Shown piece after piece: positions 16,451 through 27,194 of a DNA stretch of 64,000 nt. How positions within the stretch are numbered: position 1 is the first letter of the stretch; every line of letters starts with the position of its first letter. The notes below the pieces were generated by a model, which was given only the letters and a program-made list of their open reading frames with translations, made no database searches and was not told the origin of the DNA. The DNA is taken from positions 3,712,001-3,776,000 of the forward strand of contig CBDCGL010000011.1 in assembly GCA_965216755.1 (NCBI GenBank). The letters are read 5' to 3'. A program made the translations under genes and the position numbers. Source of the stretch: Alphaproteobacteria bacterium (GTDB taxonomy: Bacteria; Pseudomonadota; Alphaproteobacteria; UBA7887).

Positions 16451-18508
16451 TCAGCTGCCTTCCGCACGCCAGGCCAACATCAAGCCACCCAGCAGCAGTA
16501 TCAACAGCAACCAGGCGGGCATCAGTGTAACTTGGCGCAGACCTGAGACCAAATAATGTTTGTTGGCCAGCAAACCAATCCAGCCGCGGCCGGTCGTCGC
16601 GCGATCGGTCGCGACGCGACGGATATCCGGCGTCGATTGCTCGCTCAGCCAGGTCACCGCGCCCCCATTGGCGCTGGCAAGCGGGGCCAAATGCGCGTCG
16701 GTTGTACGCACATCTGCCACCTCGGCCGGATTTGCGGCGCCGACCACCACGGTTTCAGATTGATCGCCATGGTCCAATCGATAGAGACCCGGCCGATCGA
16801 CTGTGATGGACGCCGTGGCGGCGCCGTCGTCGGTGGCAGACAGCGTGACTTCTTGGCTGCTGCCGTCGGGCGCGGTCACTGTCACCGGTCCAGAGACCGC
16901 GGCCAGACTGCGTCGATCAATCCGCAGCGTTTCGCCGTCGACTCGCGCCACGAGCGCCTCTTCTTCGAGATCGGGTTCCTTCATTAACCAGTGCACCAGG
17001 CGACGCAGCAAGTCGGCTTGTGGCCCGCCACCGTCAACGCCACGCGCCCACAGCCAAGACTGGTCCGACAACAGCTGGGCGATGCGCCCCTCGCCGACAC
17101 GATTGAGCGCCAAGATCGGCCGCTCTTCCGGATCCTGTAGCAAGACCGTGCCGTCGACGACGCGGGCCTCGATCAGGCGGAACCAGCGGCCCCAACCCGG
17201 TTGGTCGCCGTCGCCGCTGCGGCCGCCATCCAGGTCGCCGGTCACCGGATGTCGTCGGCCCTCGACCGTCAGGGCTGGCCGGAACCCTCGCTCAAGGACC
17301 CGCCCCGTCGGTTGGCCCGGCAGAATGGCCCGTAAAGGTGTCGTGGCCAGGCTAAGTTCGCCGGAAAAAGCCACCCCGGCGGTATCGAGGACGGCGCCGC
17401 CGTTGAGCACATAATCGACCACATTGCCCAGATACAACATCGGCAAGATGCCGCGCCGGTGATAGCGATCGAAGATGATCAGGTCGAACTCGTTGAGGTT
17501 GGCGGCAAACAGCTCAGTGGTGGGAAAGGGAATCAGAGACAGCTCGCGCACCGGCGTCAGATCTTGCTTGTCCGGCGGCCGCAAAATCGTGAAATGGATC
17601 AAATCCACGGACGGATCGGCTTTCAGCAAATTGCGCCAGGTCCTCAGGCCCGGGCTCGGTTCGCCAGAGACCAGCATGACGCGCAATCGGTCGCGGACCC
17701 CGTTAATGACCGCGGCGACCCGGTTATTATCCAGCGTCAGTTCGTCGCTGCCGCCTTCAACGGAAAACTCCAAGGCGGTGGTACCAGCGTGTTCAATGAC
17801 GTACGACAATTCCGCGGTCTCACCGACCGCCACGCGGGTCGAGGAGGTCGTGCCATTGTCCGCGCGCACCGTGATCTCGACCGGTTGGCCATGGTTGGCC
17901 GGGTCGTCGACGCGCACGGCGATGCCGACGCGATCACCAACAATTCCGTAGCTCGGTGCCTTTTCGATGAGTAGGCGTCGATCAATCTCGTCGCGCGCCC
18001 CGGTCAGCAGCACATGCAGCGGCCCACTAAGGGGCAACTTGCCATCATCGGGGATGTCGTGCACTTGGCCATCGGTGATGACAATCGCACCGGCAAACCG
18101 TTCGGTCGGAACGTCGGAAAGGGTGTTTGTTAGCGCTTCGATCAGCCGGGTTCCGTCGCCGACACCTGAATCCGCGACGCGCACCGTCCGCAGCTCTAGT
18201 TCGCGTTCGCGTCCCAGGCGCTCTGCGACTTGCGTCGCGGCCGCTTGGGTCCGTTGCCTGCGTGCGCCAATCGACTGGCTGGTGCTTTCGTCGATCACCA
18301 TGACCGCGACATCGGACAATGGCGTGCGACGTTCGTTAAAGAACGTTGGATTGAGGAGCGCCAGGGTCAGTGCGGCCATGACCACTGTTCGCCATATTGT
18401 GCCGGGCACGCGCTTGGTCAGGCCGAACAAAATCAATACAGCGGCCGCGGCCGCCAGCATGCCAATGAGCGCCAGCGGAACGAGAGGGGCGAATTCGATT
18501 CCGCTCAT
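16451..18508 (-). CDS. Conserved membrane protein of the MoxR cluster (vWA and GATase-like domains)
   Basis: IDESTSQ, VITDGQVHD, LRVMLVSGEP, WRNLLKADPSVDLIHFTILRPP, WLWARG..GGGPQ. Confidence 0.85.
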   Translation of the reverse strand: MSGIEFAPLVPLALIGMLAAAAAVLILFGLTKRVPGTIWRTVVMAALTLALLNPTFFNERRTPLSDVAVMVIDESTSQSIGARRQRTQAAATQVAERLGRERELELRTVRVADSGVGDGTRLIEALTNTLSDVPTERFAGAIVITDGQVHDIPDDGKLPLSGPLHVLLTGARDEIDRRLLIEKAPSYGIVGDRVGIAVRVDDPANHGQPVEITVRADNGTTSSTRVAVGETAELSYVIEHAGTTALEFSVEGGSDELTLDNNRVAAVINGVRDRLRVMLVSGEPSPGLRTWRNLLKADPSVDLIHFTILRPPDKQDLTPVRELSLIPFPTTELFAANLNEFDLIIFDRYHRRGILPMLYLGNVVDYVLNGGAVLDTAGVAFSGELSLATTPLRAILPGQPTGRVLERGFRPALTVEGRRHPVTGDLDGGRSGDGDQPGWGRWFRLIEARVVDGTVLLQDPEERPILALNRVGEGRIAQLLSDQSWLWARGVDGGGPQADLLRRLVHWLMKEPDLEEEALVARVDGETLRIDRRSLAAVSGPVTVTAPDGSSQEVTLSATDDGAATASITVDRPGLYRLDHGDQSETVVVGAANPAEVADVRTTDAHLAPLASANGGAVTWLSEQSTPDIRRVATDRATTGRGWIGLLANKHYLVSGLRQVTLMPAWLLLILLLGGLMLAWRAEGS

Positions 18509-21316
18509 CTAATCTTCGAACGCCGTGTCGTCGTCGTCCTGGCCCAAGCGGCGCAGTATCGACGGAATGTGGACTTGGTCGGCCTTGTAATTGCCGGTCA
18601 GGGCGTACATTGCCAAATTCACCCCGACCCGATAGGCGAATTCGCGCTGACGCTCACCACCGGGTACCACCGGCATCAAAGGCTCACCATAGCGGTTTAC
18701 TGCCCAGGCACCGGCCCAATCGTTGCCGCCGATGATCACCGAAGAAACACCATCATTAATGTCGCCCTCGTAGCGTTCAACCCATACCTGGTTGCTGTTC
18801 CAACGACCAGGAAACGAGTCGAGCAAGTAGAACGCTTGGGTGAGCGCATGGCCGCTGGGGATCACGGTCAGCGGCGGAATATTCAGGCCGTTCAACAAAC
18901 GGCTGAGTGGGCCACTTTGCGGCGTCGTCGAGGCCATTCGGTCGATCGGCGACTGATCCCGGGTATCAAACACAATCATACCGCCGGTCCGAAGGTAGTC
19001 GTCGACCCTTCGTAACACCTGTGGTGTCAGGCTCTCCGCATCTTCGATGACCGGCCAATAAAGCAGTGGATAGAAGGCCAAATCATCGGTTTCGATATCC
19101 AGTGCGACCGGGTCTCCTGGCTCCACCGCGGTGCGTTGGCGCAATACGGCCGACAGGCCAACCAAACCATCTTGGCTCAATTGATCGGTGGTCGGATCGC
19201 CGGTCACGACGTAGGCCAGCCGGGTCTGTTGCGTCACACTGACCGCAGCCTGTTCGTCAAGCTCCGCTTGTGCCAGCGTCGGCGTCGGCCACCCCATCAT
19301 GCCGACGAGCACGCCACCAACCAAAAGTGAACTCGCGGCCTGGCGCGCCTCAGGTCGCGGCAGGCCTATTTCACCGCGCAGCAAAAAGGCGACACCCATG
19401 TCGATCAAAGCCAAAACAAACGCGGCCACCAGCAGCCAACGTCCGATACGGATTTCCCCGCTGCGGCCATAGACCGTGCGCGCGACCCCGGACGGCAGTG
19501 TCGCGTGCGCCGCCATTGTCTCGATGCCGGCGCTCAGATTGACGGCCTGACGGTCGTCGCCGTGGCCATAGAACCCAGGTGGGTGCGTTGGCCCCACCCG
19601 CGTCTGCGCGGCGGTTGTTTCCAGCGGTCGCGCCGTCGCCGGGGCAGCTTCCAAGACGCCAAATCCGTCCAGCGCTTCCAGCGCCGCCATCGGCCCGCGC
19701 GCGCTGGCGCCCGCGACGCCGACTGAAAGATCGACGATCCGTTTCAGCATGTCGACGAAAAGGCCTGAAATCGCCAGGTTCGACCAATCCGTGTTGGCCG
19801 TGATGTGAAACAAAATCAACTGGCCCTGACCGCGTCTGACAGCGGTGACCAGCGGCGTGCCGTCACCGAGCCGTGCCCAGGTTCTCTCGTCCAAATCCAA
19901 AGCCGGTTCCGCCAAAACTTGGCGTTCGACGAGTACGTCGTCGGGAATTGCCAGGCCGGCAAACGGCGAATCGTCCGCGAACGGCCGCAGCGGCATCGGT
20001 TGATCCCACGACAGCGCGCCACCGAGCGCGCGGCCGCCGCCGACGCGCAGCTTGACCGGCACGAAGTCATCGACGCCTTCGGCAAGTCTCGGACCGGCGA
20101 AGCGGACCAACACGCCGCCGCGTTCCACCCAATTTTCCAAGGCGGCGCGGTCATCGCCGACCACCCGTCCGAAATCCGCCAAGATCAGAACGGCAAGGCC
20201 GCTTTCCAGCAAGCTGCTGACCGAACCGCGGCGGATCTCATGAAAGGGACTAAGCGCGCGTTCGAGATAGTAGAGATCTGACAGCAGTGGCTGGCCGGAT
20301 TCAAAACTACCGCCCGAAATCAGGCCGACCGGCCGACGTCGCCAACGCTCGTCCATCAACACCACCGCGCCGGCGCTGGCGTGGCCTTCGATTTCGATGC
20401 GCACGACCTCGTTCTGGACCTCGATCGGCACGGACAAAGCTATGTCGGCCATGGCAGCATCATCGGCGAAGCTGATCCGTTCGCGGGTCATCAGGCGCCC
20501 GTCAGCGGCGGTCGCGCGGATCCACATTGCCGCGGCGGGCCCCGGATTCGGGCGTATGACTTGCGCCTTCAACCGCGCGCTTTCTGCATCTGGCGGCAGC
20601 AATGCCAGTGCCGGATCGTCTCTGTCGGCGGCGTAGTAGCGCACAGGTCCCAGGCGTTGCAGCCGGGCCATCAGGGTCGCCGCCTGCGAATCACCATTGA
20701 CGACCAGATCATTACCCAGCCAGGTGATTCCAGCGGGACCGTCGATGATGTTTTCGAGATCGGCGTCGGCAATTGCCTCGCTCAACGCCAGATAATCCGG
20801 GTGCCAGGGGTGCGGCTGCAGGGCGGCGACAATCTCCTTGGCCTCAGCCGGCGTCGACAAGTCGGAAAGCCGTGGTTTGGCAATGCCATCGTCGCCCGCC
20901 GATGGCGCCGGTGTCGTCGTGGCGACAATAACGGCGCGCCGTTCGCGCGCGGCGGCATCCAAAATCTGGTTGGCGGCATCAACATGTTGGCGCCAGTTAT
21001 GGGCCACGGACCAATCATCATCGATCACCAGAATCATGGGGCCATTGCCCGGCAACCCGGGCGACGGGTTCAGAATCGGCTGGGCGATGGCCAAGATGAT
21101 GAGCGCGGCAAGGGTCAGGCGCAACAGCAACAACCATGGCGGCGTGCGCACGGGTGTCTCTTCGCTCGGTTTCAAGCCGAGTAGATGAAACAGGGTGAAG
21201 GCCAGTCGCTTGGGTGCCGGTGGATAGACGCGCAGAAGCCACCAGATCACCGGCAATGCGGCCAACGCCGCCAGCGCCCAAGGTGTCGCAAACGACAGCG
21301 CGCCGAGGCTTAGCAT
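18509..21316 (-). CDS. BatA N-terminal / DUF4159 domain protein
   Basis: Double-TM N-terminus (PWAL..L.ALPVIWWLLR..PP; TPPWLLLLRL), C-terminal DDLAFYPLLYWP, GVNLAMYALTGNYKADQVH. Confidence 0.85.
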   Translation of the reverse strand: MLSLGALSFATPWALAALAALPVIWWLLRVYPPAPKRLAFTLFHLLGLKPSEETPVRTPPWLLLLRLTLAALIILAIAQPILNPSPGLPGNGPMILVIDDDWSVAHNWRQHVDAANQILDAAARERRAVIVATTTPAPSAGDDGIAKPRLSDLSTPAEAKEIVAALQPHPWHPDYLALSEAIADADLENIIDGPAGITWLGNDLVVNGDSQAATLMARLQRLGPVRYYAADRDDPALALLPPDAESARLKAQVIRPNPGPAAAMWIRATAADGRLMTRERISFADDAAMADIALSVPIEVQNEVVRIEIEGHASAGAVVLMDERWRRRPVGLISGGSFESGQPLLSDLYYLERALSPFHEIRRGSVSSLLESGLAVLILADFGRVVGDDRAALENWVERGGVLVRFAGPRLAEGVDDFVPVKLRVGGGRALGGALSWDQPMPLRPFADDSPFAGLAIPDDVLVERQVLAEPALDLDERTWARLGDGTPLVTAVRRGQGQLILFHITANTDWSNLAISGLFVDMLKRIVDLSVGVAGASARGPMAALEALDGFGVLEAAPATARPLETTAAQTRVGPTHPPGFYGHGDDRQAVNLSAGIETMAAHATLPSGVARTVYGRSGEIRIGRWLLVAAFVLALIDMGVAFLLRGEIGLPRPEARQAASSLLVGGVLVGMMGWPTPTLAQAELDEQAAVSVTQQTRLAYVVTGDPTTDQLSQDGLVGLSAVLRQRTAVEPGDPVALDIETDDLAFYPLLYWPVIEDAESLTPQVLRRVDDYLRTGGMIVFDTRDQSPIDRMASTTPQSGPLSRLLNGLNIPPLTVIPSGHALTQAFYLLDSFPGRWNSNQVWVERYEGDINDGVSSVIIGGNDWAGAWAVNRYGEPLMPVVPGGERQREFAYRVGVNLAMYALTGNYKADQVHIPSILRRLGQDDDDTAFED

Positions 21317-21350
21317 GGGCCGACCCAACGCGCTGTGGGCAAATCGGTCA

Positions 21351-22274
21351 TCAGCCGCGGCGCCCGCTTTCCGAACGTGCGGCCAGCGCCAGATAAATCG
21401 TCATGAGGGCCAATTCCGGAGGCCGATCGGTGCTGTGGGTGGTGAATGTCCAGCCGACCTTACGGGCAATATCCGCCAAGCCCTCGCGGTGCGTCCGCAC
21501 CCGATCTTGATAGGCGGCGCGCACCGACTCGACGCGCCCAATTGTCAATGAGCCCTCGTCTTCCAGCCCTTCGAATCGGATACGTCCGCTAAACGGCAAT
21601 GTCTCTTCGTCGGGATCGAGGATCTGCATGATATGCCCATGGATGCCGGCCCGCGCGTACCAAGTGACGATGTCGTCGACTTGTTTCAAGGGTGAAAGGA
21701 AATCGCCGATCAATGCCACCTGTCCGTGGCCGGGCAACAGCACCTGTGGTGGTATGCTGGCCGACGCGGCACCCGCGTTCACGTCGGCATCTGGCGTGTC
21801 GGCGTCGACGCCCAAAAGCTGTGCAAAGCGCCCCAGACTGCTGATGCCGCGCATCGGCCGCCGTCCGTCGCCGAGCAGCGCGATCTGTTCGCCGGCTTGC
21901 AGCAACAGCGTCGCCATCGCCAGCATCAGCAGTTGCGCGCGGCGGCCTTTATTGTCGTCAAGGCCGCGCTGGCGATAGCGCATCGATGGCGAGCTGTCAC
22001 ACCACAGCCATATGCTTGCGGCGGCTTCCCATTCTTGTTCGCGCACGAATAAATGATCCGATTTGGCCGATTGGCGCCAATCGATGAGCGTCGCGGAATC
22101 GCCGGATTCATAGCGGCGAAATTGCCAAAAGGTTTCGCCTGTGCCGGCGCGTCGGCGGCCGTGCAACCCTTGCATGACCGTTGCGGCCACGCGTTGGGCG
22201 GCCAACAACAAGGGTGGCAAGCTGGCCGCGATCTGTTCGGCGCGATGTCGCGTGTTCATGATTTCAGCAACCAT
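21351..22274 (-). CDS. DUF58 domain protein
   Basis: GLHGRRRAGTGETFWQFRRY..GD...IDWRQSAKSD, DSSPSM, ILDPDEETLPF. Confidence 0.9.
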   Translation of the reverse strand: MVAEIMNTRHRAEQIAASLPPLLLAAQRVAATVMQGLHGRRRAGTGETFWQFRRYESGDSATLIDWRQSAKSDHLFVREQEWEAAASIWLWCDSSPSMRYRQRGLDDNKGRRAQLLMLAMATLLLQAGEQIALLGDGRRPMRGISSLGRFAQLLGVDADTPDADVNAGAASASIPPQVLLPGHGQVALIGDFLSPLKQVDDIVTWYARAGIHGHIMQILDPDEETLPFSGRIRFEGLEDEGSLTIGRVESVRAAYQDRVRTHREGLADIARKVGWTFTTHSTDRPPELALMTIYLALAARSESGRRG

Positions 22275-22309
22275 GCGTCGACAGCCTGTTGCGTATCCGT
22301 TGACCGTGA

Positions 22310-23320
22310 CTACTGGAGTGGTTCACACATGCGCGCGATGACCTGGCTGATCGTCACGCCCTCGGTACGCGCGGCGAAGCCCAAATTCATGCGGTGTTTC
22401 AACACCGGCGCGGCCAAGGCAAGAACATCGTCCACCGATGGCGATAGGCGCCCATCCATCACCGCGCGCGCCCTGGCGACCAACATTAGAGCCTGGCTGG
22501 CGCGCGGGCCGGGCCCCCAGGACACGGTGCGTTTGACCAAATCGATGTCCGATGTCTCGGGGCGGCCGCTGCGCACCAACCTTAGAATTGCATCGACCAC
22601 GCTCTCGCCCACGGGAATCTTACGCAGCAGGTCTTGCGCTGCGCGAAGCTCGTCCGCGGTCATGGCGGCGCGCGCGGCCCGATCGGTCGCGCCGGTGGTT
22701 GCCAATATCATCTCGCGTTCGGCGGCCAGCTCCGGATGATAGATGTCGATCTGCATCATAAAGCGGTCCAACTGCGCCTCAGGCAGCGGATAGGTCCCTT
22801 CTTGTTCGATCGGGTTTTGGGTGGCGATCACGTGGAACGGCTGGGGCAGCTTATGACGATGTCCAGCGATCGAAACTTCCTGCTCCTGCATGGCTTGCAA
22901 CAGGGCTGATTGGGTGCGCGGGCTGGCCCGGTTGATTTCGTCGGCCATCAACAATTGGCAGAAAATCGGGCCCTGGATAAAACGAAATGAGCGACGGCCA
23001 CTTTCGCCTTCTTCAAGCACCTCTGATCCCAAAATATCGGCTGGCATTAAGTCGGGCGTGAATTGCACCCGTTTTTCGGATAAACCCAGGACGACGCCCA
23101 AGGTTTCCGTCAATCTGGTTTTCGCTAGGCCCGGCACGCCGACCAGCAGCGCGTGGCCGCCGGCCAGCAATGTGACCAGTGTTTGATCCACGACCTCGCG
23201 CTGCCCAAATATCATCTCGCCGACCGCCTCACGCACGCTGGACATTTTGGCGCCCAAAGATTCAATCTCGGTGACTAGGCTGTCGGTTTCGTGACTGGCC
23301 GCTGCGGCGTGGCTTGTCAT
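22310..23320 (-). CDS. MoxR-family AAA+ ATPase
   Basis: GHALLVGVPGLAKT, RVQFTPDLMPADI, ADEINRASPRTQSALL, ATQNPIEQEGTYPLPEAQLDRF. Confidence 0.95.
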   Translation of the reverse strand: MTSHAAAASHETDSLVTEIESLGAKMSSVREAVGEMIFGQREVVDQTLVTLLAGGHALLVGVPGLAKTRLTETLGVVLGLSEKRVQFTPDLMPADILGSEVLEEGESGRRSFRFIQGPIFCQLLMADEINRASPRTQSALLQAMQEQEVSIAGHRHKLPQPFHVIATQNPIEQEGTYPLPEAQLDRFMMQIDIYHPELAAEREMILATTGATDRAARAAMTADELRAAQDLLRKIPVGESVVDAILRLVRSGRPETSDIDLVKRTVSWGPGPRASQALMLVARARAVMDGRLSPSVDDVLALAAPVLKHRMNLGFAARTEGVTISQVIARMCEPLQ

Positions 23321-23358
23321 GCTGATCTCGGTCCCATGTGCTAGGTTTGTCCGCGACA

Positions 23359-23997
23359 ATGAAAAACAGAACTATTGATAAGCTTCGGAATGGCGCCACC
23401 CAGTCGGTGTCGGCGCGGGGGGCGAAGTCTGGCCCGGATGATGGCGCGCGGCCGCGGGGATTACAAGCCAAGTCGGATGACACGGCCCAGGCGCAACAGT
23501 ACTTGTGCGGTGACGTAGATATCCGCATCGATCGCGACGGCACCTGGTTTTATCACGGCTCTCCGATCGGACGCAAAGCGCTGGTCAAGTTGTTTGCGTC
23601 GGTCTTGAAACGCGACGAACATGGCGACTATTGGTTGATGACGCCGGTCGAACAGGCGCGGATCACTGTTGACGATGCGCCCTTTTTGGCGGTGTCGCTG
23701 GACCGTGTCGACGGCCCGTCTGGCCCGCGATTACATTTCACGACAAACTTGGACGCGCAGGTCGTCGCCGGACCGGATCACCCCATTCGCGTCGAACACG
23801 ATGCCGAGAGCGGCGCGCCGCGGCCCTATATCACAATCTGCGATGGCCTCGAGGCGTTGATAACGCGCAGCGTCTTTTATCAGCTCGTTGAGCTGGCCGA
23901 GGAAGATCCACGAACCAAGACCATGTTTGTAAACAGCGACGGAATGAGATTTGTGCTTGGCACGACGGCGTCGACGGGCGAATGCGGCAACTGCTGA
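23359..23997 (+). CDS. DUF1285 domain protein
   Basis: CGDVDIRIDRDGTWFYHGSPIGR..LVKLFASVL, TPVE...I.VDDAPF, RPY....GLEALI.RSVFY. Confidence 0.85.
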   Translation: MKNRTIDKLRNGATQSVSARGAKSGPDDGARPRGLQAKSDDTAQAQQYLCGDVDIRIDRDGTWFYHGSPIGRKALVKLFASVLKRDEHGDYWLMTPVEQARITVDDAPFLAVSLDRVDGPSGPRLHFTTNLDAQVVAGPDHPIRVEHDAESGAPRPYITICDGLEALITRSVFYQLVELAEEDPRTKTMFVNSDGMRFVLGTTASTGECGNC

Positions 23998-24575
23998 AAC
24001 AGCGGTTGGCGGGGCGGGTGGCGGTCGACACGATTCTGGCAGGCGTTTCGAACCAAGATCCCTTGTTGAATGATGCCAATGACATGCGTGCGGCGGCGGT
24101 GTTGGTGCCCTTGGTCGACCATCCTGACGGCATGACCGTACTGTTGACGCAACGCACCGAGCATTTGTCCGACCATGCCGGGCAGGTCAGCTTTCCAGGT
24201 GGTCGGGTCGAAGCCGGCGATGCCGACGATGTCGCGACCGCGCTCCGCGAGACCGAAGAAGAAATTGGTCTTGATCGTGGCCATGTGGACATTGTGGGGC
24301 ATTTGGACACATGCATTACCGGCACCGGTTTTCGGGTTACGCCCGTTGTCGGTGTGGTGACACCACCGTTCTCTCTCACGCTTGACAGTTTTGAAGTTGC
24401 AGAGGTGTTCGAAGTACCGCTTGCGTTCGTGCTCGATGCCAGCAACCATCAGCGGCGCGCCGCGCGCTTTCGTGGTGTTCGTCGCGAGTTTTACGTTCTA
24501 CCCTACGAGGATCGATATATTTGGGGAGCGACGGCACGGATGTTGGTCAATCTGCATGATTTGGTAACCGCCTGA
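23982..24575 (+). CDS. CoA pyrophosphatase (Nudix)
   Basis: AAVLVPL, LLTQR..HL..HAGQVSFPGG, Nudix box TALRETEEEIG, IWGATA. Confidence 0.9.
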   Translation: MRQLLKQRLAGRVAVDTILAGVSNQDPLLNDANDMRAAAVLVPLVDHPDGMTVLLTQRTEHLSDHAGQVSFPGGRVEAGDADDVATALRETEEEIGLDRGHVDIVGHLDTCITGTGFRVTPVVGVVTPPFSLTLDSFEVAEVFEVPLAFVLDASNHQRRAARFRGVRREFYVLPYEDRYIWGATARMLVNLHDLVTA

Positions 24576-24578
24576 GCA

Positions 24579-24854
24579 ATGCGTTTATTCTTGACCAAAA
24601 TATTGCCCTTGTTGCTGCCCGTTGCGATCTATTTGGCGTGGCATTTTCACGCCCGACGCAAGGCGCTGGCCAGTGGCATCACGGCACCGAGCGTGCGCGA
24701 CGCGCCGTGGACGTGGATTGTCGCGGCCGGTCTTACGGTCATGATCTTGGCGTTGGTTGGACTCGGTCTTTTTACGGGCGACGAGCCGGGTGGTGTCTAT
24801 GTGCCGCCCTATATGGAAGACGGCAAGATCGTGCCCGGCCATATCGAACGTTAG
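24579..24854 (+). CDS. Small conserved membrane protein (DUF6111-like)
   Basis: Two TM segments, C-terminal YVPP..EDGKIVPG, conserved position between Nudix and cca. Confidence 0.75.
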   Translation: MRLFLTKILPLLLPVAIYLAWHFHARRKALASGITAPSVRDAPWTWIVAAGLTVMILALVGLGLFTGDEPGGVYVPPYMEDGKIVPGHIER

Positions 24855-25049
24855 AACACTTCCAGAAAATATGAAGCCATTCTGCCGGACCAGTTTTGCG
24901 TTGAGGTCAAGTCGCTGTCCGCCGGACATATTGGACACACGGCCAAGGACAGCGGCGCGGAGTGTGGCACAAGGGCGCCCGGCCCATCGGTTGGTTCGCC
25001 GCGCCAAACCGCAAACAGAATTGACTTCATTTTGCTCGAGAGTGGGCTA
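24852..25049. repeat. Palindromic MITE-like intergenic element, copy 1
   Basis: TAG...CTA ends with imperfect ~33-bp terminal inverted repeats. Core TCAAGTCGCTGTCCG...ACGGCCAAGGACAGCGGCGC...CGCCCGGCCC shared with 35441-35878. Confidence 0.75.
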
Positions 25050-25065
25050 GGGCCGGCTGCCGCTG

Positions 25066-26322
25066 ATGCAAGCGACGGGTCAAATAGCGATTCAGCCTTG
25101 GATGGCCGCCAAGGCGACACGCGCGGTGATGACGGCCCTGACCACGGATGGCACGCCGGCGCGCTTTGTTGGCGGCAGCGTGCGCGACGCTCTATTGGGG
25201 CGCCCTGTCAAAGACATTGACGTGGCGACGCCTTTGGCGCCGGGTGAGATCGTCGCCCGAATCGAGGGTGCCGGGTTAAAGGCGATTCCAACCGGACTCG
25301 CCCACGGCACGGTGACCGCGTTGTCGGGCCGGCAAAGTTTCGAGATTACGACCCTGCGCGAGGATGTCGAGACCTACGGTCGCCACGCCAAGGTCGCCTT
25401 CACCGATGATTGGGTCGCCGACGCCGCGCGGCGAGATTTCACGTTCAACGCTATGTTTGCCGATAGCGACGGCGTTCTTTACGACCCGTTTCAAGGCGCC
25501 ATCGACTTGTTTTCGGGGCGGGTGCGTTTCGTCGGCGACGCGCGCCAACGGATCGCCGAAGACGTGCTGCGCCTGCTGCGCTTTTTTCGATTTCACGCTC
25601 ATTACGGTACTGGTGCGCCGGATTCGGAGGGTTTGTCGGCATGCCAGGGTTTTGTCGACCGGATAGGTGATCTGTCCGGTGAGCGGTTGCGCGACGAACT
25701 TCTTCGCTTGCTTGGTGCCCGCGATCCGGTCCCGACGCTTTGCGACATGGCGGGAATTGGCGCACTTGCGCCCCTGTTTCCAGACGTGAAGGTCGACTTT
25801 GAGCGGGCGATGGATCGGCTTGCTGGCTTGGTCGCGATTGAGCAACGGCTCAATCACGTCGATTCGATTCGGCGGCTGGCGGCCCTGGCCCGTGACTCCG
25901 TGGGCGACGTCGTAAGTATCGCTGAGCGGCTGCGCCTGTCGAACGTCGATCGTGATCGATTGGCTGCCGTCGCGCGGCCGGCGACAGAGCCGCAACCCGG
26001 CCTGACCGCCCACCAAGTACGCGTGGCGATCTATCGCATGGGGCCGGATCTGTTTCGCGATTTGACCTTCACTGCCTGGGCTGCTGATCGTGACGATCAT
26101 GGCTATGGTCCACTGTTGGCGCGGGGACTGTCGTGGTTGCCGCCGGCGCTGCCAATTGCCGGTCGCGACATGCTCAGGCTTGGTCTTCGTCCCGGCCCCC
26201 ATGTGGGCCGGGTGCTCGGTGAATTGGAGCAGTGGTGGATTGACGGTGATTTCGTCGCCGACCACGATGCCCTGCTGGCGCGCGCCCGCGACCTATGCCG
26301 ATCGGGTGACGACGGTGGTTAG
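25066..26322 (+). CDS. cca: CCA tRNA nucleotidyltransferase
   Basis: [12 protein letters not shown]...[47 protein letters not shown]. Confidence 0.9.
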   Translation: MQATGQIAIQPWMAAKATRAVMTALTTDGTPARFVGGSVRDALLGRPVKDIDVATPLAPGEIVARIEGAGLKAIPTGLAHGTVTALSGRQSFEITTLREDVETYGRHAKVAFTDDWVADAARRDFTFNAMFADSDGVLYDPFQGAIDLFSGRVRFVGDARQRIAEDVLRLLRFFRFHAHYGTGAPDSEGLSACQGFVDRIGDLSGERLRDELLRLLGARDPVPTLCDMAGIGALAPLFPDVKVDFERAMDRLAGLVAIEQRLNHVDSIRRLAALARDSVGDVVSIAERLRLSNVDRDRLAAVARPATEPQPGLTAHQVRVAIYRMGPDLFRDLTFTAWAADRDDHGYGPLLARGLSWLPPALPIAGRDMLRLGLRPGPHVGRVLGELEQWWIDGDFVADHDALLARARDLCRSGDDGG

Positions 26323-27176
26323 GGCCAAGTTGCCATCGGTGGCATCGACATCAGAATGGCATCGGTATTGCCGCCGGTCTGGAGGCCGAATTTTGTGCCG
26401 CGGTCATAGAGCAAATTGAACTCCACATAACGGCCGCGTCGTGCCAACTGGTGCGCGCGCTGCTCTTCGGTCCAGCCGTCGTTGAAATGGCGCCGGACAA
26501 TGCGCGGATAGACATCCAGAAAGGCCAGACCGACATCGCGGGTGAAGGCGAAATCCTTGTTCCAGTCGTCTTTGAGATAGTCGTAAAAAATGCCGCCGAC
26601 GCCGCGTGCTTCGCCGCGATGGGGGAGATAGAAATACTCGTCGCACCATTTTTTGAAGCGCGGATAGTGTTCGGGGTTGTGTCGGTCGCACGCCGCACGC
26701 AGCGCGTCATGGAACGTCACGCGGTCGTCGTCGTCCGGACACATGGGGGTCAAATCGGCACCGCCGCCAAACCAGCTTTGCGTCGTAACAATATGGCGGG
26801 TGTTCATGTGTACGGCCGGAACCAGCGGCGAGCACATATGCGCGACCAGCGAAATGCCCGACGCCCAGAACGACGGATCCTTGTCGGCGCCGGGAATCTG
26901 CTGGCGGAACTCTTTAGAAAACGTGCCGTGGACCGTGGAAACGTTAACCCCCACCTTTTCGAACACGCGGCCATGCATGATCGCCATTTCACCGCCGCCG
27001 CCGTCAGGTCGTTGCCACGACGTACGCTCGAAGCGTCCGGGCGTGCGCGCCGCCATCGGACCGTCGCGCAGATCATCTTCTAGAGCCTCGAACGCGGCGC
27101 AGATTTGATCGCGCAGCTCGGCAAACCAGGTCCTGGCTTTTTCTTTGCGATGCGCGGTATTGGCTTGGTCATACAT
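26319..27176 (-). CDS. hemF: Oxygen-dependent coproporphyrinogen III oxidase
   Basis: [66 protein letters not shown]. Confidence 0.95.
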   Translation of the reverse strand: MYDQANTAHRKEKARTWFAELRDQICAAFEALEDDLRDGPMAARTPGRFERTSWQRPDGGGGEMAIMHGRVFEKVGVNVSTVHGTFSKEFRQQIPGADKDPSFWASGISLVAHMCSPLVPAVHMNTRHIVTTQSWFGGGADLTPMCPDDDDRVTFHDALRAACDRHNPEHYPRFKKWCDEYFYLPHRGEARGVGGIFYDYLKDDWNKDFAFTRDVGLAFLDVYPRIVRRHFNDGWTEEQRAHQLARRGRYVEFNLLYDRGTKFGLQTGGNTDAILMSMPPMATWP

Positions 27177-27194
27177 GGATGGCCGATTCCCGTT

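Noticed and set aside
16451-23320. MoxR-DUF58-DUF4159 cluster as a novel system
   Set aside because: Widely conserved alphaproteobacterial arrangement, here in its usual context next to DUF1285-Nudix-cca.
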